Part shown: positions 20,534-30,611 of the stretch, piece by piece
Numbering within the stretch: the stretch's first letter is position 1
Layout: each line of letters opens with the position of its first letter
From: Sedimentisphaerales bacterium
Lineage (GTDB): Bacteria; Planctomycetota; Phycisphaerae; Sedimentisphaerales; SM23-30
Direction: 5' to 3' (one strand)
DNA length: 64,000 nt
NCBI GenBank assembly: GCA_963666285.1
Contig: OY762711.1
The notes under the pieces: model-generated
The model's database searches: none
The model's input: only the letters and a program-made list of their open reading frames with translations
What the model was told of the DNA's origin: nothing
Program-made: the position numbers and the translations under genes

Positions 20534-20797
20534 AGATATCGAAATGAGTTTGTTTATGGAAATGGAATTGATGAGCCTTTGGTTATGTATTGTTTTGTAG
20601 ATAATGACCCTAACAGCAGCGAGACTTACTACTATTGCTCTGATAATCTCGGCTCAGTTGTTGCTCTGGTTGATTCTTCTGGCGATGTAGTTGAGCGGTA
20701 TTGTTATGATGTTTGGGGTGAGTCGGTGATATATGATGGAAATGGTACTGAGATTGACCAAAGGAAAATAGATACCCCTACGAGAATAGTCCATTAA
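20534..20797 (+). pseudogene. RHS repeat-associated core fragment
   Basis: RYRNEFVYGNGIDEPLVMY...YYYCSDNLGSVVALVDSSGDVVERYCYDVWGE; no start codon upstream of the motif; ends before the GNPY/FTGR and DPxG motifs. Confidence 0.88.
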
Positions 20798-20880
20798 ATA
20801 GTGGTATAAAAGCATTAAATATTGCGTTTAGTGTAATGCAGGACTTGTATAGTTCTCAATGTAACTGATTTGGAGGCAAA

Positions 20881-22041
20881 ATGAATCGACTAATATTTCC
20901 TTTTTTGCTTATTATTATATTTTCGGGTTGCCATAGCCCAATGTCTAAATTTTCTTATACTATTTCCTCAGAGGAAAATTCGTTTATCAAAAGACTAAAT
21001 ACTTACGACTTTGATAAGTCAAAACTTAGTGATTTTGTTAAAATTGCTATCGACAACAACTGGTTGTTTTTGATGGAACAACTAATAAATGAAGATATTG
21101 CAAACAGCGAGATACGTATAGAGAAAAAGATAAACTTAAAAACTCATTATTTCAATATGTGGCCATTAGATTATGCTGTTTGTCAAAGAAGGTCAGAAAT
21201 TGTTAAATTACTATTGCGAGCAGGAGCTGACGTTGAAAAAGGTTTGGAACCTCCACTTTGTCAGGCTGTATTAAATGATGATCTTGAAATTGTAAAGATA
21301 CTTGTTGAATCTGGAGCTAAAGTTTATTATGAATCTGATTTTGCTCCGCTATGCACTGCCGTTGGAAATGGAAATATTGAAATAGTAAAATATTTATTAG
21401 AAAATGGTGCTAACCCAAATGAAACCTGGTATGAAAGAGTAACTGCATTACACGAATCGCAAAGTGTTGAAATGGCAAAATTATTAGTTGAATATGGAGC
21501 GGAGCTTAAGTCAGATGAATATGGAAATACGCCTTTACATGAAGCTGCTTTGGCTCATAATGAACCTTTGGTAATGTATTTTATATCAATTGGAGCTGAT
21601 ATGAATACCGTAACTGATTATGGAAAAGTTTCGCCATTATTTTTATTCTATTCATATTATTTAGCAGATAATTTTGGAGATTCATGGTATTATCGCGGTA
21701 ATCAGCAAGGCTATGTTTATAATATACATAAGGTTTTGTTAGAAAGAACATATAATGTTAATCATATTAATGACAAAGGCCAAACTTTACTTCATATTGC
21801 CTCATCTATCCATTGTGAATATGACTATATTTTTGTCCAAGATTTGATAAATAAGGGTGCAAATGTAAGTCTTCATGATAATAGCGGTAAAACTCCATCT
21901 CATTATGCTGCTGAAATTGGTAATATAAGAATACTTAATCAGCTTGTTAAAGCTGGAGCAGACTTGACAATAAAAGATAGTAACGGAAATTCGCCTTTAG
22001 ATGTTCTTAAAGAAAAATATTCCTTTTTGAAATTGAATTAG
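20881..22041 (+). CDS. Ankyrin-repeat lipoprotein (candidate immunity protein)
   Basis: Lipobox FSGC; multiple TPLH/PL..A..G..EIVK.LL..GA repeats; GGAGG RBS. Confidence 0.9.
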   Translation: MNRLIFPFLLIIIFSGCHSPMSKFSYTISSEENSFIKRLNTYDFDKSKLSDFVKIAIDNNWLFLMEQLINEDIANSEIRIEKKINLKTHYFNMWPLDYAVCQRRSEIVKLLLRAGADVEKGLEPPLCQAVLNDDLEIVKILVESGAKVYYESDFAPLCTAVGNGNIEIVKYLLENGANPNETWYERVTALHESQSVEMAKLLVEYGAELKSDEYGNTPLHEAALAHNEPLVMYFISIGADMNTVTDYGKVSPLFLFYSYYLADNFGDSWYYRGNQQGYVYNIHKVLLERTYNVNHINDKGQTLLHIASSIHCEYDYIFVQDLINKGANVSLHDNSGKTPSHYAAEIGNIRILNQLVKAGADLTIKDSNGNSPLDVLKEKYSFLKLN

Positions 22042-22169
22042 AAGTTACACAATATCGATAATAATTTTTCTCACTGAAATCATTTCACATAAACCCTTAT
22101 ATTTCAGTTTGTTAGAAGCCATACTTCCAACATCCTATAATAGGATTTATGTATCGTTGAGTATTATTA

Positions 22170-23190
22170 GGTGGTAGGCGGCGGAAATGGAGCGGGAATG
22201 CGGAAAGCGTTTCTGAAGTATAAAGTATAAAGGATAAAGGATAAGAAGAAGAAAAAAGCGAGAAGAGAGAAGTGAGAAGATGGGTGGTAAGCTTCGCTAA
22301 ATGAAAAATGAAAAGTTTAGGTGCCCTGATGTCGTTGACATCAGGAATAATTCGCTGCGCGACGTATTTTAAATCGCGCGGGTGGGCTAAGAGTTGAACC
22401 ACGAATCAACACCAATGAACACCAATAATATATAAGGTGACTCGCTACCGCTCGTGTTTTATTAATATAGGTACTTGGGAAGGAAATCCCGATGTGTCGG
22501 GAAAGCTGATTAATTGTTGCAGGTGGGGCGGGAAAATGCTTTACTACTGAAATAACTGAAGAGACGGAAAAAGGATATAGGATATATACGACGTATGTGA
22601 CATATCGGAAGGATGAAAGAAATGTGGTCGCTGCGTGAGGGCTGGTTTATTGACAGGCAGGGATGCCTATCCTACTATGTCCTTAACGATGTCGGTTTGG
22701 TTGGAAATTGCAATTGTGTTATCTGGTGAAATATTACATATTATTTTAATCGAAGAGACGAATAAATGGATGAAAATTAAGTATAAAAGATTAAAGAAAA
22801 CCTGGACAAACACGAACAGAACACAATAAAAACACTATTGCTCGCAGAGGCCGCAAAGAATATTATTTCACCATGAAGGGAATGCTTAAAATTAAGAATT
22901 CAAAATTAAGAATTCAGAAAATAACTGACATTAAAAACCACGGCTACGGGTAAGTACAAATAACTATAAGGTGACTTGCTTCAGCCTTCGCTAAAGCTAT
23001 GGTTCGACAAGACCGCACGTGATTAATAATTCTGAACCACTGATGCACGCGGATGGACACCGATAAGAAAATGTTTAGATAACTTGACGGTAATTTTTTC
23101 ACGAAATTCACGAAAGAACACGAAAAAAAACGATGTTGCTCGCAGAGGGCGCAGAGGCCGCGAAGAAAATTACTTGTCACTGTGAAACAT
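22170..23190 (+). repeat. Cluster of short modular repeats (7-mer and 9-mer purine tracts, small hairpins)
   Basis: AAGGATAAAGGATAAG; AAATGAAAAATGAAAA plus CCTGATGTCGTTGACATCAGG (22319-22356); AACCACGAATCAACACCAATGAACACCAAT (22397); AACCACTGATGCACGCGGATGGACACCGAT (23035); CACGAAATTCACGAAAGAACACGAA (23100); CTCGCAGAGGGCGCAGAGGCCGCGAAG (about 23139). Confidence 0.8.
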
Positions 23191-23306
23191 GGCATAATAA
23201 GTTTTGATATGTAAGGAAATAATTTGGGCTGGCAAGAAGAGGGCTGAGGGGGTAGAATTGGGTGAAATTCTATTAACTGGGATTGCACATATTGAAAGGT
23301 GTTATT

Positions 23307-24269
23307 ATGAAAAGAATCGTTTTGCTGATAATAGCGGCGCTGGCGTTGGCAGTATTGCCGTTTGGCAGGAGTATGGAAGAGAATGACAGCGGCAGCGGTT
23401 TGGTATGCAGCTGGGAGTGCGGCCGGGATTGTAACGGCGGCGGAGCGGTTGAGCAGGATTGCGCGGATACGACCGGGTGTATAAAGAAAGATGAGCGAAA
23501 ATACGATATTGAGATAATGACTCAACTAAGTAAAGATATCCTGGAGATGAAAGTAAGCGAGACGACGGAGGCGACCGGGGTTCTGTTATGCCAGCTTATA
23601 CGTAATAAGGCCAAAGTTGAGGGGATGGCGGGAGCAGCGGATAAGAGAAAGAGCCCGGCGGAGATATATACAGACTGTATCGATAGTGTGGTGGCGGTGG
23701 CATATGTCTATAAGTGTGATAAATGCGAAAACTGGCATGCTAACGCCGCAACCGGTTTTGTGGTCGGGCCGGACGGAGTGATCGTAACGAACTATCATGT
23801 GATCGGTGCGACTAACGCGTCAGCGTTCGGGGTGATGACACATGACCGTAAAGCCTACCCGGTTAAGGAGATACTGGCAGCGAGCCAAAAGGATGATATC
23901 GCAATATTGAAAATAGAAGCTGAGGGGCTGAAGCCGGCAGCGATTAATACTGTGCCGGAGATCGGCTCGGCAGTGTCGGTTATCAGCCATCCGGCGAATC
24001 ATTATTATACCATGACGACCGGGATAATAAGCCGGTATCTGAAAACCGAAGGAGATATCAGCAGGATAGAGATAACCGCGGATTATGCATATGGCTCGAG
24101 CGGCGGGCCGGTATTTGATGAGTGCGGTAATGTTGTCGGGATTGTAAGAACGACAAGCTCGATATATTACGGTAAAGATGAGAACGGTAATAAGAGTAAC
24201 CTGCAGATGGTGGTGAAGACCTGTGTGCCGGCGGAAAAGATATTGGAGATGGTGGAAATGGAAGAGTGA
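23307..24269 (+). CDS. Trypsin-like serine protease (S1) with signal peptide and Cys-rich N-terminus
   Basis: TNYHV, DDIAILK, GSSGGP triad motifs; ATG at 23307 with AAAGG RBS. Confidence 0.9.
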   Translation: MKRIVLLIIAALALAVLPFGRSMEENDSGSGLVCSWECGRDCNGGGAVEQDCADTTGCIKKDERKYDIEIMTQLSKDILEMKVSETTEATGVLLCQLIRNKAKVEGMAGAADKRKSPAEIYTDCIDSVVAVAYVYKCDKCENWHANAATGFVVGPDGVIVTNYHVIGATNASAFGVMTHDRKAYPVKEILAASQKDDIAILKIEAEGLKPAAINTVPEIGSAVSVISHPANHYYTMTTGIISRYLKTEGDISRIEITADYAYGSSGGPVFDECGNVVGIVRTTSSIYYGKDENGNKSNLQMVVKTCVPAEKILEMVEMEE

Positions 24270-24490
24270 GAAGGGAGAAGCGAGAAGGGAGAAGCGAGGA
24301 GGGAGAGGTAAGAGGGAAAAAGTAAGAGGTAAGAGGTAAGAGGGAAGAATTGAGGTACCAGAAAGCTGCATCCCTTCGATGAACTCAGGGCAAGCGGCAG
24401 ATCGTTTAAAATTTGAGATTAATAGATCGTCTAAAAACATGTTATAATAATATCCTGATCGGTCAGTTTGAGTAACTGAAACTGACCGAT
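24267..24490 (+). repeat. Composite repeat: purine heptamer tract, CCCTTCGATGAACTCAGGG hairpin and GGTCAGTTT inverted repeat
   Basis: GAGAAGG/GTAAGAG units as at 16640-16708; 3' part is homologous to the 156-bp tandem unit at 41437; ATCGGTCAGTTT..AAACTGACCGAT at 24458-24490. Confidence 0.82.
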
Positions 24491-24513
24491 GGCAGGTTTG
24501 GCAGACATAAGTG

Positions 24514-24711
24514 CTATTTTTCGTCGGAATCGCCGGCAAGCCATGCCAACCAGCCGTGGTCGGTATCGGTATCGACCCGTTCTAATTTTATTAAGTCCTC
24601 GCCATCCCACACACCGCCGCTGAGAAGAATAACAAGTTTTTCGATTTTAGTAGTGCCCGATCCAGTATCTTTTTCCCATTTATCAGCTCCGCCGGGATAA
24701 GGTTTTTTCAT
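24514..24711 (-). CDS. Small hypothetical protein (65 aa), possibly truncated
   Basis: AAGGAG RBS; starts 13 nt after the stop of the upstream lipoprotein gene; ends next to the repeat. Confidence 0.5.
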   Translation of the reverse strand: MKKPYPGGADKWEKDTGSGTTKIEKLVILLSGGVWDGEDLIKLERVDTDTDHGWLAWLAGDSDEK

Positions 24712-24724
24712 GACAGACTCCTTG

Positions 24725-25495
24725 TTATTGAAGTAGTTTTTGGCAATAATTTACAGCAGTTATGACTTTTTTATTGACTCTCAGGATAGTAGAAATCCTG
24801 GCGAGCCGTTCTGATTCGGAATTATAAATACCAATATAATCCTGTGCCGATTCTTTGTTGATTTTAATATAGTTCTCCAGGTCGATAATAGACAATTTCA
24901 GGTTAGCTAAATAGCTATAAAAGTTTCCACCGCTGTTTATCAGACGGGATTCCAGCTCACCTTCATTGAGAATATACCTGTTAAACTCGTTGAAAGGATA
25001 TTCGTTGATTTTCAGCATGGCAGCAAATTCGCTTTCCAGCTCAGCAAGTATTTTTTGGGCAACCTGGTCACCCTGCCTTAACCTGATTTTGAGAATATCC
25101 CTGATAAGATCAATATTGTCGACGGAGAACTGAGTAACATTGACGTCGGCAACGGAATTAAAGATATCCGGCAGTCTTCCACGACCATTCAACTCTGAAT
25201 AAGCATCTCCGGTAATGAATACCGAATCAATAACGAGTCCGTTTTCGCTATCATTACTCATATTGAAATAGTTTATCAGGGAGACAGCTTCCCAGCTGCC
25301 GTCATCTTTCTGTTGCGGCGGGATGACAGTTGCCATGTGGGTACTGGCTGAGAGCGAGCCGGATACCGGTTTTGACGGGTCAGGCCTGGTTTCAAAACTT
25401 AAAGCGAGCTTGCTGGACTCGTAGAAATAAATTGAATCGCAGCCGGCGAGAAAGTATGCCGTAACCATCAATAATAAGATATACAGTTTTTTCAT
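24725..25495 (-). CDS. Hypothetical lipoprotein (beta-rich N domain plus helical C domain)
   Basis: Lipobox LAGC; ATGA overlap with the upstream gene. Confidence 0.8.
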   Translation of the reverse strand: MKKLYILLLMVTAYFLAGCDSIYFYESSKLALSFETRPDPSKPVSGSLSASTHMATVIPPQQKDDGSWEAVSLINYFNMSNDSENGLVIDSVFITGDAYSELNGRGRLPDIFNSVADVNVTQFSVDNIDLIRDILKIRLRQGDQVAQKILAELESEFAAMLKINEYPFNEFNRYILNEGELESRLINSGGNFYSYLANLKLSIIDLENYIKINKESAQDYIGIYNSESERLARISTILRVNKKVITAVNYCQKLLQ

Positions 25496-25893
25496 TTTTT
25501 ATCCCCATTAACATCATTTACATTATCAAATATTTTTTCATTGATTTTCCTGATCTGCTCACCATTGGTGATAACAGATTTGGAAGCGTCGCCACTTGCG
25601 ATAAGGTGACAGAACCTGATCTTATCGATTCCCCTGGCACCGACATGGCAAAATGAAACAAGCGACATGGCATCGGCATCGGCAGAATTACTTTTGCGAG
25701 GAACGACAGTGAATACATCGCGTTCGAAGCCCACCATAAGTTTGCTGGTGCCGACCTCCTTTACCGGCTCCAGTACAATACCCAAATTAATATCCTGTAC
25801 ATATACAATCGGTTTGGGCTTACCGGAATTTGCGGTATTGCAGCCAACGAGGCAAACCAGGACCATAGAAACAGAAAGAAAACGTATTATCAT
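25492..25893 (-). CDS. Hypothetical lipoprotein, paralogous to the N domain of 24725-25495
   Basis: Lipobox LVGC; TVVP..DAMSLV..SGDA versus TVIP..EAVSLI..TGDA. Confidence 0.8.
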   Translation of the reverse strand: MIIRFLSVSMVLVCLVGCNTANSGKPKPIVYVQDINLGIVLEPVKEVGTSKLMVGFERDVFTVVPRKSNSADADAMSLVSFCHVGARGIDKIRFCHLIASGDASKSVITNGEQIRKINEKIFDNVNDVNGDKK

Positions 25894-26432
25894 TGCGAGT
25901 CTCCTTTTAATAAGAACATCTCAGGTTTAGAATCATTGTTAGTATTTATATATAAGACATTGTCTCGGTCAGACGGCAGCCTGATAACCGATGAACTGCT
26001 GCAGCCGATAGTAATACCCGGACGGTGGCCGGAGAGCCTGAGAGCAAGCCCAAAAGACTGATCCTGCAGAGCGACGGTATCGAGAGCAATCCAGTTAAAA
26101 GAATCTTCGGTCGGCAGCAAAACGTAATTGGAAGAGTCCAGATCCGGCATGTGCAATTTTTTAGTGTTACTTTGGGTACCTTCGAGATAGTAGAATCGTT
26201 CGGTAGAACCGAGGATAATGCCAAAGTCGTCTTTTTTGGTAATCAGGCATATGCCGGCACTGTTTAGTTTGACCGCGGAAGCGGTATTATCCTGATTGGT
26301 ATAAAACTGCAGTTTTGCCGGAGGGAACGAAACTATGCCGGTACTGCAGCCGTTACACAGAAATACAGCAATAGCCATTACAGCTATAAGAATTTTTTTA
26401 TTGGTAATCCATTTTAACATAGTATCAGTCAT
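25890..26432 (-). CDS. Hypothetical lipoprotein, beta-strand rich
   Basis: Lipobox-like CNGC; ATG at 26432 with AGGA upstream preferred over the ORF-track start. Confidence 0.72.
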   Translation of the reverse strand: MTDTMLKWITNKKILIAVMAIAVFLCNGCSTGIVSFPPAKLQFYTNQDNTASAVKLNSAGICLITKKDDFGIILGSTERFYYLEGTQSNTKKLHMPDLDSSNYVLLPTEDSFNWIALDTVALQDQSFGLALRLSGHRPGITIGCSSSSVIRLPSDRDNVLYINTNNDSKPEMFLLKGDSQ

Positions 26433-26577
26433 ATATCCTAGGTAAAACACACGCAATTGTCTTAGTAAAACAATTTTACTATTTTGGAAATATTCAAATA
26501 CTACCTCAACCAAATAGTAAAAAGTAGAGTTTTTGAAAAATACCAACGGATACTAAAAACACCTGAGTAATAAAAGT

Positions 26578-26607
26578 ATTGTACCGCTTTGCGCAAGCAG
26601 GTGTCAA
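26578..26607 (-). promoter_or_regulatory. Sigma70-type promoter for the lipoprotein operon
   Basis: TTGACA-N18-TACAAT on the minus strand. Confidence 0.6.
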
Positions 26608-26865
26608 TATAATAATATGTAAAAACCGGATTGGGGATATGCTGCATGAGTGAAGCATAATCGGGCCAAAGACTTACAGCCGGCAGTCAAAGAGATGTAT
26701 GGGTAATATTGCAGGTACTTCAGGATAGATGCCGGATAGACGTGGGTTGGGGCGAGATATAAAGGTTATTTTTTGATAAGTAGTGTCTTGACAACTGTTA
26801 AAAGTACGGATAATATGAAAGTAATTATAAAAATGACGGTTTAGGGATAAAGTATCATATCCCGC

Positions 26866-27118
26866 AGTGCGGTTTATGCTTCGCATCATATACATGACGC
26901 ACATTTGACTGTTCAGCATTTCACGCAAAGGCCGGAACAGGGCCAATTAAGTGAAAAATGAAAAATGAAAAATTAAGGTGTCCCGATGTACGTTGACATC
27001 AGGAATAATTCGCTTTCGTCTCACATTTTGTTTAAATTCAAAGCGTTGCAGGAAGGCCCTTTTAGGCGATTTACCAAAGGCACTTCGTTATTGCAACTTG
27101 AAAACTGCGAAAGTAAAC
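26866..27118 (+). repeat. Dispersed multi-hairpin repeat, copy 2 (with internal CC(C/T)GATGT..GACATCAGG module)
   Basis: AGTGCGGTTTATGCTTCGCATC...AAAACTGCGAAAGTAAAC. Confidence 0.92.
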
Positions 27119-27358
27119 CCGCGAATGTTCAGAAAAAGAGGTATCTGGTAAATATCATTTCGGAATATTCTTTATAATTTTTTTCATGGATGAACGTTTC
27201 ATACACATTGTGAATGATTTTGTCCGATCGGTCGAAAGGTAAGTAAAGATTAATATAATCATTTATACCAAGCTCGAACGGGCATTTTCAACTGTTATGG
27301 GTATATATATTTGCATATATCATTTATTAAAAAACGCTTACATAAAGGGGATTACAAA

Positions 27359-30166
27359 ATGAAAAAGGCATTGTTTGTTATTGCCGCGCTCGTGGGATTA
27401 TTTACTATTGAACTATCGGCTTATGAGTTCAAGGCCGGTGACTATGTCGTTATGGAATACGACGGCTACCAGATGCGGATAGATGTTGAAAAATATAATA
27501 AGAAGGTAAACGGATTTTCGGCACTCAGGTTAATTAATGAAGAAGATTATTACGGCGGCGGCAGCTATGTAGCGAAAGTTTCAGGTATCGGCTGGGCTTC
27601 TGTTGGAACAGATGTTCACGATGCAATGACCAGTGAGTACCTGGGAATAGAATATTATTACCCGCCCTGCCCTTATGACGGCGAAATAGAATACGGTGAT
27701 GAGGTTGGCACCAAAACCGAATGGAGAGGATATTTATGCCTGGATGGAGAAGAGCCAGAGGATTATGACCGGACAGTATGGGAAGTAGTAGGCTACGAGG
27801 ATGTGAGTGTGCCGTATGGCGACTTTACCAATGCAATGAAAGTGTTAATAAAAGAATATTACTCTTATGACTATTATGATGAAGACCTGGACCCATATGA
27901 TATCGCCGAGGATGACTGGGAACTATCAGAATCCTGTTCGACCTATGAATGGATTGTGCCGACGGTTGGTACCGTTCAGATATCCGACTATGAATATTAC
28001 GGCGAGGAAGGACCTTACCCGACAGAACTGGTAAGCTGCAAGATAAACGGTAAGACAAACCCGGAACCCGAAGAGCCTGCAGGTCCGGCGGAGTTGTCAC
28101 TGAACATGACAGGTAAGAAGATACCGACATCGGTTTTGTCAGGGACAGAGACCAAGCTTCAATTCCAGGTGGAAATAACCAATGACGGCGGCAGCAGCTG
28201 CGAGAAAGGCGAGACGGTAGATTTGTACTTTTACGCGGAAAATGTTGCTACCGCAGCACAGAGAGCCCTTGGCAGTGTCGAAGGATTTTCGATAAGCAAC
28301 CTGGCAGCGGGCAAGACAAAAAAAGCCAAAGGAACGTTAGTGCTGCCAAGCGATATGGAAGAAGGGACATTCATAATAATAGCAGTATGTGGCGACCTGG
28401 AAGCAGCTTACTATGAGTATATCACAGTTGAAGAAGGTAACGTAACCCTTTCATTGGAAGTGAGTAAATACAAAATACCACCATCAATAATAGCCGGTAC
28501 CTCATCAAAATGCAGCATCGACCTGATAGTGACAAATGACGGCAACCTTAGTACGGATAAGACTGATACTGAGACAATAGAGATTTATGCAGAGTCAAAG
28601 ACAAGTGACTATAGCGATGAGCTTAACTCGGTAGAGGCAAATATCGGCGGCATGAAGCCTGGTAAGAGCAAAAAAGTTAAACTGCCGGTGGAATTTCCCG
28701 CCGATCTGCCGGAAGATGATTATGAAATTGTGGTCTATTTTGGCGATACGAGCCTGATTGTAACTGAGGTATCGATAAGCGAACCTACGGTGGAGTTCGA
28801 AATCGAGTTGGAAAGTTCAGATATTCCATCGGCGATAGTGGCGGGAACAGATGTTGATTGCGAACTAAAGCTGAACGTTACTAATTGCGGCAATATATGT
28901 TCTGAGAAAGATGAAGCGTTAAATATTCAAGTAATTGCCAGGTCGGTAACAGACAGTTCTGAGCAGACACTTGTGTCAGAAGATGCAGGGGTGGGTAATT
29001 TTAAGCCGGGAAAAGGGAAAGGTATCAAGCTGCCGGTGGCATTTCCAGCTAATATGGCAGAAGGAAGCTATGACATAGTGGTAAGCTACGACGGAGAGGA
29101 ACTGGCAGTGACGACCGTCGGAATAAGTGAACCATATATCGAACTGACAGGCTCGACCGATGAAACCGACAGCCCGCCGGCGATTTTCGCAGGCCAGGCA
29201 GGCGGTGTAGAGATTGACCTGGAGATAACCAATAACGGCAACGACACAACCGCAAAAACACAGACAATAGATATTGCCGTGTATCTCAAACCGGAAAACG
29301 GAGATAATACCCTGCTGGAAACTCTGACCGGTCAGGATATCGGCGGACTGGCAGCGGGAAAGAGTACGAAATTGAAACTCGATGCCGATGTTCCGGCTAC
29401 CCTGGAAAGCGGCAGCTATCAGCTTGTGGTGCATATTGACAGCAGTAATGCGATATCGGAGAATAATGAAGATGACAACTGGCTAACAATCGACTTTGAG
29501 ATAATAATAATCGATAGTCTTGCAGATATAATGGAGCCGTCATTATCTGAAAGCTATGATTACTCAGCACTGGTAAAGGGTGACTATTTCTACGGTTCGG
29601 GCCAGGCTACTATCAACGGTGTTTTCTATGAAGAATTCGAATTTGATGATGATTCAGATGCTCATGATTATTCGCTGAGCTGGGAAGACGACGGTGTATA
29701 TTTTTACGAATACAGCATAGGCAGCGGCTATGCTCATTATTATTTTAGCACGGACGATGACATCCTGCTGACATCTAATGAACTGGCACTCAAAACAACA
29801 ATAAAATCAACTAAAACCGGGTATGTCGAACATCGTGTTTATGGTTTAGATTTTGACTTTGACGCAACCATAGTAAGTGAGTTTGAAATCGAAAAAATGG
29901 AAACAGTAAAAGTCAACGGCACAACATACCAGGCATATAAGATTAACTGGAGTTTCTCGATCAGCGGATCAGATATTCTGGATCTGACAGATTATGGCGA
30001 CAAGGCATATAATTATACAGATACATTTGAACAGAACATAACCTATTGGGCGGTTCCAGGTGTCGGCGTGGTCAAACAGACCTCGAAAGGCAAGTTAAAA
30101 CTAAGTATTAACGGTATGGGAACAGACAACTGGACCTTTGACTATACCAAGGAGCTGATACAGTAG
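27359..30166 (+). CDS. Secreted acidic protein with about 4 CARDB/Ig-like repeats
   Basis: Signal peptide MKKALF..LSA; four (I/V)TN-x-G...G(K)-x-KK..L..P..L.EG.Y repeats; ID.SNAISENNEDDN CARDB signature. Confidence 0.8.
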   Translation: MKKALFVIAALVGLFTIELSAYEFKAGDYVVMEYDGYQMRIDVEKYNKKVNGFSALRLINEEDYYGGGSYVAKVSGIGWASVGTDVHDAMTSEYLGIEYYYPPCPYDGEIEYGDEVGTKTEWRGYLCLDGEEPEDYDRTVWEVVGYEDVSVPYGDFTNAMKVLIKEYYSYDYYDEDLDPYDIAEDDWELSESCSTYEWIVPTVGTVQISDYEYYGEEGPYPTELVSCKINGKTNPEPEEPAGPAELSLNMTGKKIPTSVLSGTETKLQFQVEITNDGGSSCEKGETVDLYFYAENVATAAQRALGSVEGFSISNLAAGKTKKAKGTLVLPSDMEEGTFIIIAVCGDLEAAYYEYITVEEGNVTLSLEVSKYKIPPSIIAGTSSKCSIDLIVTNDGNLSTDKTDTETIEIYAESKTSDYSDELNSVEANIGGMKPGKSKKVKLPVEFPADLPEDDYEIVVYFGDTSLIVTEVSISEPTVEFEIELESSDIPSAIVAGTDVDCELKLNVTNCGNICSEKDEALNIQVIARSVTDSSEQTLVSEDAGVGNFKPGKGKGIKLPVAFPANMAEGSYDIVVSYDGEELAVTTVGISEPYIELTGSTDETDSPPAIFAGQAGGVEIDLEITNNGNDTTAKTQTIDIAVYLKPENGDNTLLETLTGQDIGGLAAGKSTKLKLDADVPATLESGSYQLVVHIDSSNAISENNEDDNWLTIDFEIIIIDSLADIMEPSLSESYDYSALVKGDYFYGSGQATINGVFYEEFEFDDDSDAHDYSLSWEDDGVYFYEYSIGSGYAHYYFSTDDDILLTSNELALKTTIKSTKTGYVEHRVYGLDFDFDATIVSEFEIEKMETVKVNGTTYQAYKINWSFSISGSDILDLTDYGDKAYNYTDTFEQNITYWAVPGVGVVKQTSKGKLKLSINGMGTDNWTFDYTKELIQ

Positions 30167-30359
30167 GATAAGACAGCAAATACCTGTATAAGGGATAAGG
30201 GATAAGTGGAAAGCCGCGTTGCGGCAAACTAACTTATTGTTAGCTGACGCATATGTTCGTTTAGTTTGAAACTGCTGTAATATTTAGATTTGCGATTGCT
30301 CATGAATGACATATGTAAAAACGATAGATAAAAAACAAGAATACGATGAATAGCAGTAT

Positions 30360-30401
30360 AGAGCATATGAGAGGATAAACTCTTGTATGCTCTTTTTTTT
30401 T
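30360..30401 (+). terminator. Intrinsic terminator
   Basis: AGAGCATATGAGAG-GATAAA-CTCTTGTATGCTCT followed by a T-run. Confidence 0.65.
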
Positions 30402-30611
30402 GAACTTTGCGGCAAAAGAGGCTGAATTTTTTTAGGTAGGTTTTAAATATGGATATTTTTTATACCAAAATACGAGTGTAGAATTGAGAATAAGACAAAC
30501 ATTAAAATTCTTAAAATATATCGTCGAAACGCCCTGTTTTTTCTTTGACCCTGCAATATGATATTTGGCATAATAGGAATATGTCTTCTTGATAAATTCT
30601 TATTATCATAA

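Noticed and set aside
18392..22041. Integron cassette array
   Set aside because: No integrase and no repeated RYYYAAC...GTTRRRY attC sites found; RHS debris explains the array better
22112..24539. Minus-strand ORFs 22112-22402, 22944-23525, 23820-24539
   Set aside because: Translations of pyrimidine-rich repeat tracts or antisense to the protease gene
26920..26945. c-di-GMP-I riboswitch suggested by ACGCAAAG in the repeat
   Set aside because: The upstream GCAAACC and GAAA-tetraloop stem are missing, and copies are not oriented with downstream genes
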